A stretch of 64,000 bases of DNA from Chloroflexota bacterium (GTDB taxonomy: Bacteria; Chloroflexota; UBA11872; VXOZ01), in assembly GCA_963662335.2 (NCBI GenBank), contig CAXXVD010000003.1, positions 320,001 through 384,000 on the forward strand. Reading direction: 5' to 3'. The translations under genes were made by a program, and so were the position numbers. The notes below the pieces were generated by a model, which had not been told where the DNA came from, made no database searches, and was given only the letters and a program-made list of their open reading frames with translations. Each line of letters opens with the position of its first letter. The stretch's first letter is position 1. Positions 1 through 12,493 of the stretch are shown here, piece after piece.

Positions 1-349
1 GCAGGAAGTCGATAGGCACGCCCGACGCCGCCTGGAGCAGCAGCTTCGTCTTCGCCTCATCGCCGCTGGACATATTTTGGATGGTGATGGTGATGTTGGG
101 ATTGGCCGCCTCGAACTTGTCGAAGAGCGTGCGCACCTTGACCGTGGCGCTATCGGAATCGCGGGAGAGATAGGTGAGTTCAACGTCCTCCGCCGGGGCC
201 GGCGCGGCTTCGGCCTTCTCTTCCGGCGCCGCTTGCTCTTCCGCCGGCGCGGCTACCTGGGCCGTGCCGCACGCGGCTACAAATGCCGCCCCGCCAACTA
301 CCGGTACCGCCGCCAGTACCGTTCTGCGTGAAAGCCGTGCCTTCTCCAT
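1..349 (-). CDS. ABC transporter solute-binding lipoprotein, N-terminal part (runs off the window)
   Basis: Own translation MEKARLSRRTVLAAVPVVGGAAFVAACGT...: twin-Arg signal plus lipobox, Ala/Glu/Pro linker, then KFEAANPNITI; AAGGAG RBS upstream. Confidence 0.8.
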   Translation of the reverse strand, partial: MEKARLSRRTVLAAVPVVGGAAFVAACGTAQVAAPAEEQAAPEEKAEAAPAPAEDVELTYLSRDSDSATVKVRTLFDKFEAANPNITITIQNMSSGDEAKTKLLLQAASGVPIDFL

Positions 350-432
350 GACCGTTTCTCCTTTTAGATGGGAGGGACTCTGTGGCACTGATATATTCCT
401 GGGTGTGCCCACGCACACCTCCGCGTACGCTG

Positions 433-461
433 AGGGTACTAAACGTCTCTCAGCGTGTCAA
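433..461 (-). promoter_or_regulatory. sigma70-type promoter for the solute-binding gene, overlapped by an inverted repeat (possible operator)
   Basis: TTGACA-17bp-TACCCT on the minus strand; ACGCTGAG...CTCAGCGT palindrome overlaps it. Confidence 0.55.
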
Positions 462-542
462 TAAGCTGCTCCGACTTGGGGCAGCGTGGTACTATGGAGA
501 TTGATTCGCGAGACTGCTATGCGCATCATTCCCCTGCCCACA

Positions 543-635
543 TGTCATTCCGAGCGGAGCGAGGAATCTAGAGTGCCTTACCTGATGGTCTATGGTGGTA
601 TGGACTCCAGATTCCTCGCTGCGCTCGGAATGGCA
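543..635. repeat. Family A palindromic element (TGTCATTCCGAGCG(C/G)AGCGAGGAATCT ... AGATTCCTCGCTGCGCTCGGAATG(A/G)CA)
   Basis: Inverted arms of about 27 bp; same arms recur near 19492, 28326, 31220, 31574, 34116 and 42415. Confidence 0.85.
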
Positions 636-750
636 TGCAGTCGCAACGCTCTCTACTGGATAGCGAATCTAGTTTACGAATTACGCAGCATGTTCAGTGG
701 GAGTGGCTGCACGCCAAGTCCAGTGCAAGCAAAGGCAACCCCAAGACCCC

Positions 751-4020
<3,270 letters not shown>

Positions 4021-4142
4021 ACTGCAAACGAACACTTCTTTTAGTGTGCTGTTGCTGCAAGTGTGGCAGCGGTATTGGTAGTAAGCTCAGACTTACTGGT
4101 ATGCTTGCTTCAATGTTGCGGCAGGTGAAGGAATCGGCAGCA

Positions 4143-5438
4143 ATGGCGCGAATTGAAGGCATCAGAATCAAGAACTACCGGGTGTTGAAGGACATCACGC
4201 TCGGCAAACTCTGGGACACGCCGGATGCCCAACCGCTGACGCCGTTGAGCGCGGTGATTGGTAAGAACGGTGTGGGAAAGAGTGCCCTCTTTGATGCTTT
4301 CGGCTTTCTGGCAGACTGTTTGAGACTAGGTGTTGAAGAGGCCTGTGACGCCCGCGGAAGAGGAGGGTTCGAGCGTATCCGATCTCAGGGCAGCGATGAG
4401 CAAATTGAGTTTAGGGTGAGTTTTCGTCAAGAGACGAAAGCATCGCTCATTACGTATCTGCTATTTATCCAGAAAGACGGAACTGGCCGCCCCTGCGCTG
4501 CCGGTGAACTCTTATTTCAGAACCTCGATGAACGCAAGACTGGCAAAGCGCTAGTGTTTCTATTGATGGTTTTCGGCACAGGCGTCGCATGGAAAGGAGC
4601 AACGCAGGGGCGGCAATTTGACGGGGATGGCTTCGACTATGAATTGGTCAGACAGCAGTTGGCAGGTGGCGAGAGTGAAGAAGCGGAACTAATTACACTA
4701 GGGGACAACCGCAAGTTAGGCATCGCAACCCTTGGCGCTCTGAAACAACATCCTCGGATTGCCGCATTTCGAGAATTCTTGGAAGGCTGGTATCTCAGCT
4801 ACTTTACGCCCGACGCGGCGCGTAGTTTGCCCTTGGCCGGCCCGCAGCGGCGCTTGAACGCCCACGGGGACAACCTCGGCAATGTCGTGCAATTCCTGGA
4901 GCGTGAGCATCCCGATCGGTTCAAGCGCATTTTGGCGCGGATTGCCGAGCGGGTGCCCGGCATCGACCGCATAGAAACGGAACGCAGCCCCGACGGGCGC
5001 TTGCTGTTGCGCTTTAACGACCGGGGGTTCACCGACCCCTTCTACGCGCAGCAGATGTCTGACGGCACCTTGAAGCTCTTTGCCTACCTGATCATGCTGG
5101 AGGACCCGGAGCCGCCGCCGTTCATCTGCATCGAGGAGCCGGAGAACGGCCTCTACCACAAGCTGCTGGAGGTCTTGGCCGCGGAGTTCCGCCGCCACGC
5201 CACCGGGGAAGACAACACCTCTCAGATATTCGTCACCACCCACCAGCCCTACCTCGTGGACGCGCTCACGCCTGAGGAAACCTGGATACTGGAAAAAGAA
5301 CCGGACGGTTTCGCCACCATCCGCCGCGCCAGCGACGACCCAATCGTCAGTGCCATGGTGGAGGAAGGGTTGCCGCTGGGCAGCCTGTGGTACAGCGATT
5401 ACCTGGAGCGGACAAACGCAGCGATCCAACGGCAGTAG
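4143..5438 (+). CDS. ABC-type ATPase, AAA_21/AbiEii-like
   Basis: IRIKNYRVL start, Walker A GKNGVGKS, signature MSDGT, Walker B/D-loop ICIEEPENGLY, H-loop VTTHQP. Confidence 0.85.
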   Translation: MARIEGIRIKNYRVLKDITLGKLWDTPDAQPLTPLSAVIGKNGVGKSALFDAFGFLADCLRLGVEEACDARGRGGFERIRSQGSDEQIEFRVSFRQETKASLITYLLFIQKDGTGRPCAAGELLFQNLDERKTGKALVFLLMVFGTGVAWKGATQGRQFDGDGFDYELVRQQLAGGESEEAELITLGDNRKLGIATLGALKQHPRIAAFREFLEGWYLSYFTPDAARSLPLAGPQRRLNAHGDNLGNVVQFLEREHPDRFKRILARIAERVPGIDRIETERSPDGRLLLRFNDRGFTDPFYAQQMSDGTLKLFAYLIMLEDPEPPPFICIEEPENGLYHKLLEVLAAEFRRHATGEDNTSQIFVTTHQPYLVDALTPEETWILEKEPDGFATIRRASDDPIVSAMVEEGLPLGSLWYSDYLERTNAAIQRQ

Positions 5439-5472
5439 GAGAAGTGTCGCCAGCATCGGAGTCCTAGGGCAG

Positions 5473-7914
5473 ATGAGAGACCTTCTGCACAGGATACGCC
5501 CGCTCGCCGTTGCACTCTTGGCCGTGCTGGCCGTGGCGTTCCCAACCGGCCTGCAGGCGGCCGCGGTGCAAGCCGATGAATCGGACAGAGCCGCGCTCAT
5601 CGCGCTCTACGAGGCTACCGGCGGCCCACGCTGGGCCAACGACGATGGGTGGCTGAGCGGCGCGCCGCTTGGCGCGTGGTACGGCGTTACCACCGACGCC
5701 AGTGGCCGCGTCACGGCGCTGCGCTTGCCGAGCAACGACCTGCGGGGGAACCTACCGGCGGCGCTGGGCAGTCTCACGCGCCTGGAGGAACTAGACCTTG
5801 CCGGCAACTGGCTCACGGGAGAGATACCGGCCGCGTTAGGCGGCCTGGCGAATCTGCGCACCCTCGACCTCTCCTACAATTGGCTGGAGGGGGAGATACC
5901 GGCTGCGCTGGGCGCTCTCGGCGACTTGCGGGAACTGTATCTCTCCGACAACCGCTTGCGCGGCGCGATACCCCCTGCCCTAGGCGGCCTCGCAAGCCTG
6001 GAAACGCTCGCGCTCTCCAATAACCGGCTAAGCGGCGCCATACCCCCGGCGCTCGGCAATCCGGCGCGCCTGCGCATTCTGAGCCTCTGGGGCAATGACC
6101 TGGCGGGAGAGATACCGGCTGCTCTCGGCCGCCTCACGAGACTGCAAGAATTGTACCTCTCGGAGAACCAATTGAGCGGCGAGATACCGCCCGCGCTCGC
6201 CGACGTGGCCGGTCTGGAGTGGCTGCGCCTGGCGTTCAACCGGTTGGAAGGCTGCGTGCCGGCAGGGGTGGACGCGGTTCCGTTTACAGACTTTCCAGAC
6301 CTCGGCTTGCGATCGTGCGCCAGCCTGGCGGATCGAGCGGTGCTGGTCGCGTTCTACACGGCCACGAACGGCGCGAACTGGACGCATAGCGCCAACTGGC
6401 TGAGCGACGCGCCTATGGCCGATTGGCACGGCGTGATCACTGATGACAACGGCCGGGTCATCTCACTAAACCTTGATGAGAACAACGTTAGTGGCGAGTT
6501 ACCGCTTGCCTTGGCTAGTCTATCCAAATTGCGTTGGCTGGTCCTCTCGAATAACCAGCTAGTTGGAGAGATGCCTTCCGCGTTGGGCAACCTGGCGAAA
6601 CTGGAGACACTATCATTCCATAAGAATCAGTTGAGTGGTGAGATTCCGGCATCACTCGGCAGAATCACGAGTCTACGACGGATTTTCCTCACGCATAACC
6701 AGTTGAGCGGAGATATTCCATCTGAGCTAGGTAACTTAAGGAGGTTGCAAGTCTTGTGGCTCGGCCGCAACCAACTCAGTGGTGAGATACCGACATCCCT
6801 CGGCAAACTTGAAAACCTGCGAGACTTGATTCTCGCGCACAACCGGTTGAGCGGAGAAATCCCGTCTGAACTAGGCAACTTAAGCAGCTTGGAAAACCTA
6901 TGGCTCGTGCACAACCAAATGAGTGGCGAAATACCGACATCGCTTGGCAATCTTGCAAATCTGAGACAACTGCTACTTGCGAACAACCGGTTGAGCGGAA
7001 AAATACCGTCCGAGCTAGGCAAGTTAAGGAACTTGGAAACCCTGTGGCTCATGAACAACCCGTTGGATAGGTGCATACCTCAGGAACTGCGGAGGCCAGC
7101 GAATGTTGATGCTTTCTGGAATGGTAACCTGCGGTGCGAAGCTCAAACCGCATTCATAACGGACGGGGCCCATCGAAAGGCGCTCGTTACCCTCTATGCG
7201 GCCACGAACGGCGCAAGATGGACCCGCAGCGATAACTGGCTCAGCGACACGCCCGTCGGCGAATGGCACGGCGTCACCACCAATGCGGACGGCCGCGTGA
7301 CGGCGCTGCACCTGGAGGACAACAACCTGAGCGGCGAACTGCCGCCTGCGCTCGGCGACCTTGCGGACTTGAAAGTGCTGTATCTGCCGCGTAACCGGCT
7401 GCAAGGAGCGCTGCCGCCTGCGCTTGGCGACCTGGCAAACCTATCTGTGCTCAATCTTGCGGAGAACCAATTGAGCGGCGGGATGCCGTCTACGCTCGGC
7501 GACCTCACCGCCTTGGCAACCCTCAACCTGGCGGATAATCGGTTGGAGGGAGCGATACCCGCCGCGTTAGGCAGCCTCTCAGTGCTGGAGGGCCTGCGCC
7601 TCTCGGGCAACGCGTTGAGCGGGGAACTACCGTCTACGCTGGGCAACCTCTCCAATCTGGTACGGTTGGAACTCGCGCACAACCGCCTGAGTGGGGCTAT
7701 TCCCACTGAACTAGGCAATCTCACGCGACTGAAAGAACTGCGCCTCTCCGATAACCAACTGAGCGGTCAGATACCGCCAACGCTGCTGAATCTTGCCAAC
7801 CTCGAACTGCTGGAACTTGCCCGCAACCGGTTTACGGGGTGTCTGCCACCGGGCATGGCGGAAGCCACGCGCAACGACCTCTCCTGGTATCGTTTGCCCA
7901 TTTGCACCGAGTGA
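5473..7914 (+). CDS. Secreted leucine-rich repeat protein (plant-type LRR, three capped modules)
   Basis: Signal peptide; many LxxLxLxxNxLSGEIPxxLG repeats; three N-caps of the form ALxxxYxATxGxxWxxxxxWLSxxPxxxWxGVxT. Confidence 0.92.
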   Translation: MRDLLHRIRPLAVALLAVLAVAFPTGLQAAAVQADESDRAALIALYEATGGPRWANDDGWLSGAPLGAWYGVTTDASGRVTALRLPSNDLRGNLPAALGSLTRLEELDLAGNWLTGEIPAALGGLANLRTLDLSYNWLEGEIPAALGALGDLRELYLSDNRLRGAIPPALGGLASLETLALSNNRLSGAIPPALGNPARLRILSLWGNDLAGEIPAALGRLTRLQELYLSENQLSGEIPPALADVAGLEWLRLAFNRLEGCVPAGVDAVPFTDFPDLGLRSCASLADRAVLVAFYTATNGANWTHSANWLSDAPMADWHGVITDDNGRVISLNLDENNVSGELPLALASLSKLRWLVLSNNQLVGEMPSALGNLAKLETLSFHKNQLSGEIPASLGRITSLRRIFLTHNQLSGDIPSELGNLRRLQVLWLGRNQLSGEIPTSLGKLENLRDLILAHNRLSGEIPSELGNLSSLENLWLVHNQMSGEIPTSLGNLANLRQLLLANNRLSGKIPSELGKLRNLETLWLMNNPLDRCIPQELRRPANVDAFWNGNLRCEAQTAFITDGAHRKALVTLYAATNGARWTRSDNWLSDTPVGEWHGVTTNADGRVTALHLEDNNLSGELPPALGDLADLKVLYLPRNRLQGALPPALGDLANLSVLNLAENQLSGGMPSTLGDLTALATLNLADNRLEGAIPAALGSLSVLEGLRLSGNALSGELPSTLGNLSNLVRLELAHNRLSGAIPTELGNLTRLKELRLSDNQLSGQIPPTLLNLANLELLELARNRFTGCLPPGMAEATRNDLSWYRLPICTE

Positions 7915-8057
7915 GTCCCTGCGCCAACCGGCGGCGGGAAGAGAGCGATAGGGTAACGCTTGAGCCGGCCTTAAGCTGCCGTCCTGCTGGACGTCACGCC
8001 GGAAGATAGCTCCGCGACGGAACGATCATCAGGCCGGTGAAAGGCAGCAGGTCCCCC

Positions 8058-10559
8058 TCAACGCAACGTGGCTTGCAGGGTTGCCTGCAACTTGGCGATG
8101 ATGCGGTCACGAATCTTGTTTACTTCCGCGTCGTTCAGGGTGCGGTCGGGGGCGCGGAAGGTGAGGGTGTAGGCCAGGCTGCGCTTGCCGGCGGGGACTT
8201 GCGGGCCTTGGTAGACGTCGAAGAGGTCGATGCTCTCCAGCAGGTTGCCGCCGGCCGCGCGAATTTCCGCCACCACCTGCGCGGCGGGGATTGCCGCGTC
8301 CAGCACGATTGCCAGGTCTTGCACCACGGCCGGGTGGCGCGGCGGCGGCGCGAACGCCGGCGTCGCGCGGGCCAGGTCTACCAGGTCGTGGAGATTCAAG
8401 ACCAGGGCCAACGCGCGCTGGTCGATGTCGAACGCCGCGCTCACCTCCGGGTTGATCTCGCCCACGATGCCCAGCACGCGCTCTTCCCCGCCTGCCCGAA
8501 CGACCACTGCCGCCGCCCGGTAGGGATGGAACGTCGGGTGTTCCACCGGCGCAAAGGCGTAGTCGGCGATGCCGAATTGCCGCATGACCTGCTCCGCCGC
8601 GCCCTTGATAGTGTAGAACGTGTTCTCCGCGCGCGCGCCCCACTGCTCGGTGCGGAATTCGCTCATCACGGCGGTTAGCAGGCGGCGTTCCTCCGGCAGC
8701 TTGGCGCCCGCGGGCAGGAATGCCGGGCCGATCTCGAAGAGGCGCACGTCGCTGGTCTGGCGGCGCAGGTTGCTCGCCAGGGTTTCCAGCAGGCCCGCCA
8801 GCGTGACCGTGCGCAGCGCGCTGGCCTCGGAAGTGAACGGATTCTTGAGGCGCAAGGGTTCGGCGTGCAGCGGCAGTACCGAGGCGGCCACGGCGCCGGC
8901 CAGGCCGTCCGGCAGTTCCGCCGCTATGCCTTTCGGCAGCAGGCGCTCCATGCGGGCCTCATTGGTCAGCGTGTAGGTGATGGCCTCGCTGAAGCCCGCG
9001 CCGGCCATGGCCTGTTTGGCGCGGTCCGTCCACACGCGCAGCGGGGCGGGCCGCCCTTCCGGCAGCGGTCCGGCGGGCATGGTAGTGGGGATTTCGTCAT
9101 AGCCGATCATGCGCGCCACCTCTTCCACCAAATCGGCCGAGCAGGTCACGTCCAGCCGGTGGAGCGGGGTTGTGACCTGCAGCCGGTCGTTCTGCAGGCG
9201 GTACGTGAAGCCCAAGGACCGCAGTTTCTCAGCAGCGGCGGTGAGGGAAACCTCCATGCCGAGCAAGCGCGAGATGTCCGCGGCGGAGAGTTCGATTTCG
9301 GGGCGCTGCTGCGGGCGGACGTAGGAATCGGCGGCGTGGCTGCGGGCGCGGCCGCCGGCGATCTCCACGATGAGTTCGATGGCGCGGTCGCGGGCGATTG
9401 GGGCCAGTTCCGGCGGCACGCCTTGCTCGAAGCGCCGAGACGCCTCGCTGGGCAGGGCCAGGGCCTGCCGCGTGCGGCGGATGCTGGTGGGGTTGAAACT
9501 GGCGGCTTCCAGCAGGATGCGGGTGGTCTGCGCGGTGACTTCCGTATCCAGGCCGCCCATCACGCCCGCTAACGCAATGGCGCCGTTGGGGTCCGCGATG
9601 ACCAACATCCCGGAGCTCAGCGTGCGCTCTTCGCCGTCCAGCGTGGTCAGGCGCTCGCCCAGGTGGGCGCGGCGGACGATGATGTTGCCCTCTGCCACCT
9701 TGTCGTAGTCGAACGCGTGGAGCGGCTGCCCGAACTCCAGCATCACGTAGTTGGTGACGTCAACGATATTGTTGATGGGTCTCATGCCGGCGGCCGTCAG
9801 CCGCTCTTGCAGCCAGCGGGGCGAGGGGCCGATGGTGACGTCGACGACCACGCCGGCCGCATAGCGCGCGCAGAGGTTTGGCTCCTTGATATCCACGCGC
9901 ACCACGGGCAGGCTTGGCGCGTCCGCGGCGGCCGCCGCCGGCGTGGAGGCCAGCGTGTCCAACCGGCGGGTCACCGGCTGGCGCAGGCGTTCGCCTGTGA
10001 GCGCCGCCACTTCCCGCGCCACGTTGAGCAGGGCCAGGCAGTCGCTGCGGTTGGGCTTGAGGTCAAGCTCCAGAATCGTATCGCCCAGGTACTCTTGCAG
10101 CGGCGCGCCCACCGGCGCATCGGGGTCGAGGATGAGGATGCCCTCGTGGTCCTCGCCCAGGCCGAGTTCCTTGGCGGAACAGACCATGCCTTCGGACTTC
10201 ACGCCCCGCAGGACGACCGGCTTCAGTTCGATGCGCTGCGGCGTCTCGCTATAGGCGTTGTCGAGCACGGCCCCGAGCAGCGCCACCGGCACGCGGTCGC
10301 CCTGCGCGATGTTCATCGCGCCGGTCACGAACGTCGGCTGCTCCGCCTGGCCGTAGTCCACGGAGACCAGTTGCAGGCGGTCGGCGTTGGGGTGCGGCTG
10401 GAGGTCGATGATCTCGCCGACGAAGGTGTTGCGCCAGAAGTCGCCGATCGCGATGACCTGCGCCACCTCGATGCCGGCCATGGTCAACTGGTGCGCCAGC
10501 TCTTCCGCCGGCAGTTTGACCTGCACATATTCTTCCAACCAGCGAAGCGATACGCGCAT
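8058..10559 (-). CDS. pheT: Phenylalanine--tRNA ligase beta subunit
   Basis: MRVSLRWL, HPNADRL, RGVKSEGMVCS, PINNIVDVTNYVMLEFGQPLHAFD, C-terminal LFDVYQG...KRSLA. Confidence 0.97.
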   Translation of the reverse strand: MRVSLRWLEEYVQVKLPAEELAHQLTMAGIEVAQVIAIGDFWRNTFVGEIIDLQPHPNADRLQLVSVDYGQAEQPTFVTGAMNIAQGDRVPVALLGAVLDNAYSETPQRIELKPVVLRGVKSEGMVCSAKELGLGEDHEGILILDPDAPVGAPLQEYLGDTILELDLKPNRSDCLALLNVAREVAALTGERLRQPVTRRLDTLASTPAAAAADAPSLPVVRVDIKEPNLCARYAAGVVVDVTIGPSPRWLQERLTAAGMRPINNIVDVTNYVMLEFGQPLHAFDYDKVAEGNIIVRRAHLGERLTTLDGEERTLSSGMLVIADPNGAIALAGVMGGLDTEVTAQTTRILLEAASFNPTSIRRTRQALALPSEASRRFEQGVPPELAPIARDRAIELIVEIAGGRARSHAADSYVRPQQRPEIELSAADISRLLGMEVSLTAAAEKLRSLGFTYRLQNDRLQVTTPLHRLDVTCSADLVEEVARMIGYDEIPTTMPAGPLPEGRPAPLRVWTDRAKQAMAGAGFSEAITYTLTNEARMERLLPKGIAAELPDGLAGAVAASVLPLHAEPLRLKNPFTSEASALRTVTLAGLLETLASNLRRQTSDVRLFEIGPAFLPAGAKLPEERRLLTAVMSEFRTEQWGARAENTFYTIKGAAEQVMRQFGIADYAFAPVEHPTFHPYRAAAVVVRAGGEERVLGIVGEINPEVSAAFDIDQRALALVLNLHDLVDLARATPAFAPPPRHPAVVQDLAIVLDAAIPAAQVVAEIRAAGGNLLESIDLFDVYQGPQVPAGKRSLAYTLTFRAPDRTLNDAEVNKIRDRIIAKLQATLQATLR

Positions 10560-10683
10560 GCGGTCACCATCCTCCCATAGAGCGCCGGTTCCGCGAGGCT
10601 GCGCTTGCCCTGCGAGTGACGTCTCTCACAAGTCACGGCGCACAGGCGCTATTGCAGGCTCTTGCCAATACTGTTTTAAGACT

Positions 10684-11754
10684 TCAACGAAACTGTTGCA
10701 GAAAGCGGACGTCGTTATTGTAGAAGTAGCGAATGTCGTCGATGCCGTACTTGAGCATGGCGATGCGTTCCACGCCCATGCCGAAGGCAAAGCCGGCGTA
10801 GCGCGCCGGGTCGTAGTTCACGGCCTCCAGCACGTTGGGGTGCACCATGCCGCAGCCAAGAATCTCCAGCCAACCGGTTTGCTGGCAGACGCGGCAGCCG
10901 CTGCCGCCGCAGACGTGGCAGCTTATGGACACTTCCGCGCCCGGTTCCACAAAGGGAAAATACGAGCAATTGAAGCGCACCCGCGTCCTGGCGCCGAACA
11001 ACTCATGGGCGAAAGCGGTGAGCACCCCTTTCAGGTCGGCCATGCTGGTGCGCTCGTCCACGGCCAGGCCTTCCACCTGGTAGAAGATGGCCTCGTGGCT
11101 GGCGTCGGTGGCCTCGTTGCGGTAGACGCGCCCCGGGGCCACGATGCGCACCGGCGGCGGCGTTTCTTCCATCACCCGGATCTGCACCGGCGAGGTGTGG
11201 GTGCGCAGCAGCATGGAGCCGAATTGCTTGGTGGCGTCCGTGTCCACGTAGAACGTATCCCACATGTCGCGCGCCGGATGGTCGGCGGGAATGTTGAGCA
11301 TGGCGAAGTTGTAGCGGTCCCACTCCACTTCCGGCCCTTCCACCACCTGGAAGCCCATGCGCTCGAAGATGCCGAGGACTTCATTCAGCACGAGCGTGGT
11401 GGGATGGAGTTGGCCCAACGGCGCCGGCTCGCCGGGCAACGTGACGTCCAGCGCCTCGGCCTGGAGCGCGTCGGCGCGCTGGTCGCGCTCTAGCGCCGCC
11501 TGCCGCGCCTCCAGCGCCGCCGCCAAACGGCCTTTGACCGTGTTGGCCAGTTGGCCGACGCGGGGGCGTTCCTCTTTGGGCAGACCGCCCAGGCCGCGCA
11601 AAAGCTGCGTGACCTTGCCGCTGCGGCCCAGATAGGTGGTGCGCCAGGCGTTCAGGTCGGCATCCGCGGCGCACTTGGCAAGCTGCGCCTGCGCCTCGCG
11701 CTCCAGCGCTTCAAGCTGTGCCGGGATGTCCGGTGTTGCGGTCTGGTCTGCCAT
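10684..11754 (-). CDS. pheS: Phenylalanine--tRNA ligase alpha subunit
   Basis: HPARDMWDTFY, LLRTHTSPVQIR, FPFVEPGAE, GFAFGMGVERIAM. Confidence 0.97.
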   Translation of the reverse strand: MADQTATPDIPAQLEALEREAQAQLAKCAADADLNAWRTTYLGRSGKVTQLLRGLGGLPKEERPRVGQLANTVKGRLAAALEARQAALERDQRADALQAEALDVTLPGEPAPLGQLHPTTLVLNEVLGIFERMGFQVVEGPEVEWDRYNFAMLNIPADHPARDMWDTFYVDTDATKQFGSMLLRTHTSPVQIRVMEETPPPVRIVAPGRVYRNEATDASHEAIFYQVEGLAVDERTSMADLKGVLTAFAHELFGARTRVRFNCSYFPFVEPGAEVSISCHVCGGSGCRVCQQTGWLEILGCGMVHPNVLEAVNYDPARYAGFAFGMGVERIAMLKYGIDDIRYFYNNDVRFLQQFR

Positions 11755-11792
11755 CGGTCGCTGTCCTTATACTGCCGTGCCTTATGGTGCAC

Positions 11793-11829
11793 AAACAAAA
11801 AGCAGAAAGCGGCTGTGTCACTTTCTGCT
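11793..11829 (-). terminator. Intrinsic terminator in the pheS leader (possible attenuator)
   Basis: Minus strand AGCAGAAAG-loop-CTTTCTGCT followed by TTTTGTTT, about 40 nt before the pheS ATG. Confidence 0.65.
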
Positions 11830-12000
11830 CTGCCGGAGAGGCGGGTGAGGGTGGCGGCTACGCTGCTCTGGCGCGCCTAGACCCGGCCCGTCCCTCCGGG
11901 CCGGTAAAGTGTCCTTCCCGTGTGCGCATAGTGCCCTTCACCCCGTGTATTGCCGTAGAGACACCCTCTCGCAAAGGGCGCGTTCTCTACACGAGTTACC

Positions 12001-12029
12001 AGTATAGCGATGTTTGCGGGACGTGTCAA
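12001..12029 (-). promoter_or_regulatory. sigma70 promoter of pheST
   Basis: TTGACA-17bp-TATACT on the minus strand. Confidence 0.75.
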
Positions 12030-12141
12030 AGGCGCTGGCCGTACGCGACGCAATCGCGCGGACGCCGCCTATGCCGGTCAGCCTTGCCGTGCTGATATAC
12101 TGGATGCAAGGACTTTGCGCGCCCGGTTGTAGTTCGGCCAA

Positions 12142-12432
12142 CCGTAGCGCGGGGGCTTGTCCCCCGCCTCTGCGCGCGCGAACGATACGCCCTATGGCGC
12201 TCGCTCGCGCGTGAAGGATAAATGCGGGGTTCGTCTCTCGCTTGGGCCGGTGTAGGGGCGGTTCGAGATCCGCCCCTATTGGGGATGTCTTTCACTTCTG
12301 CGCGAGAATAGCCGGCCGCGGGCGCAGGTTGCAAACCTGCGCTACCCGCGGGAGAGGATGAGGCGTAGCGCGGGGGCTTGTCCTCCGCATCCTGGGTAAA
12401 CTGGCCGTAGCGCGGGGGCTTGTCCCCCGCCT
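12142..12432. repeat. Cluster of GTAG-headed REP-like palindromes (family B, GTAGCGCGGGGGCTTGTCCCCCGC, and variants)
   Basis: Copies near 12144, 12365 and 12407; variants GTAGGGGCGGTTCGAGATCCGCCCCT (12251) and GCGCAGGTTGCAAACCTGCGCTAC (12322). Confidence 0.85.
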
Positions 12433-12493
12433 CTGGACACGCGGACGAAACGCCTTACCGCCCTTGTTCGCACACAGTTGAGATTGATTCGAC

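Noticed and set aside
480-750. LexA box upstream of uvrA
   Set aside because: No convincing GAAC-N4-GTTC/GTAC match seen.
11755-12000. T-box riboswitch for pheS
   Set aside because: No GGGTGGNACCGCG-type T-box sequence found before the terminator.
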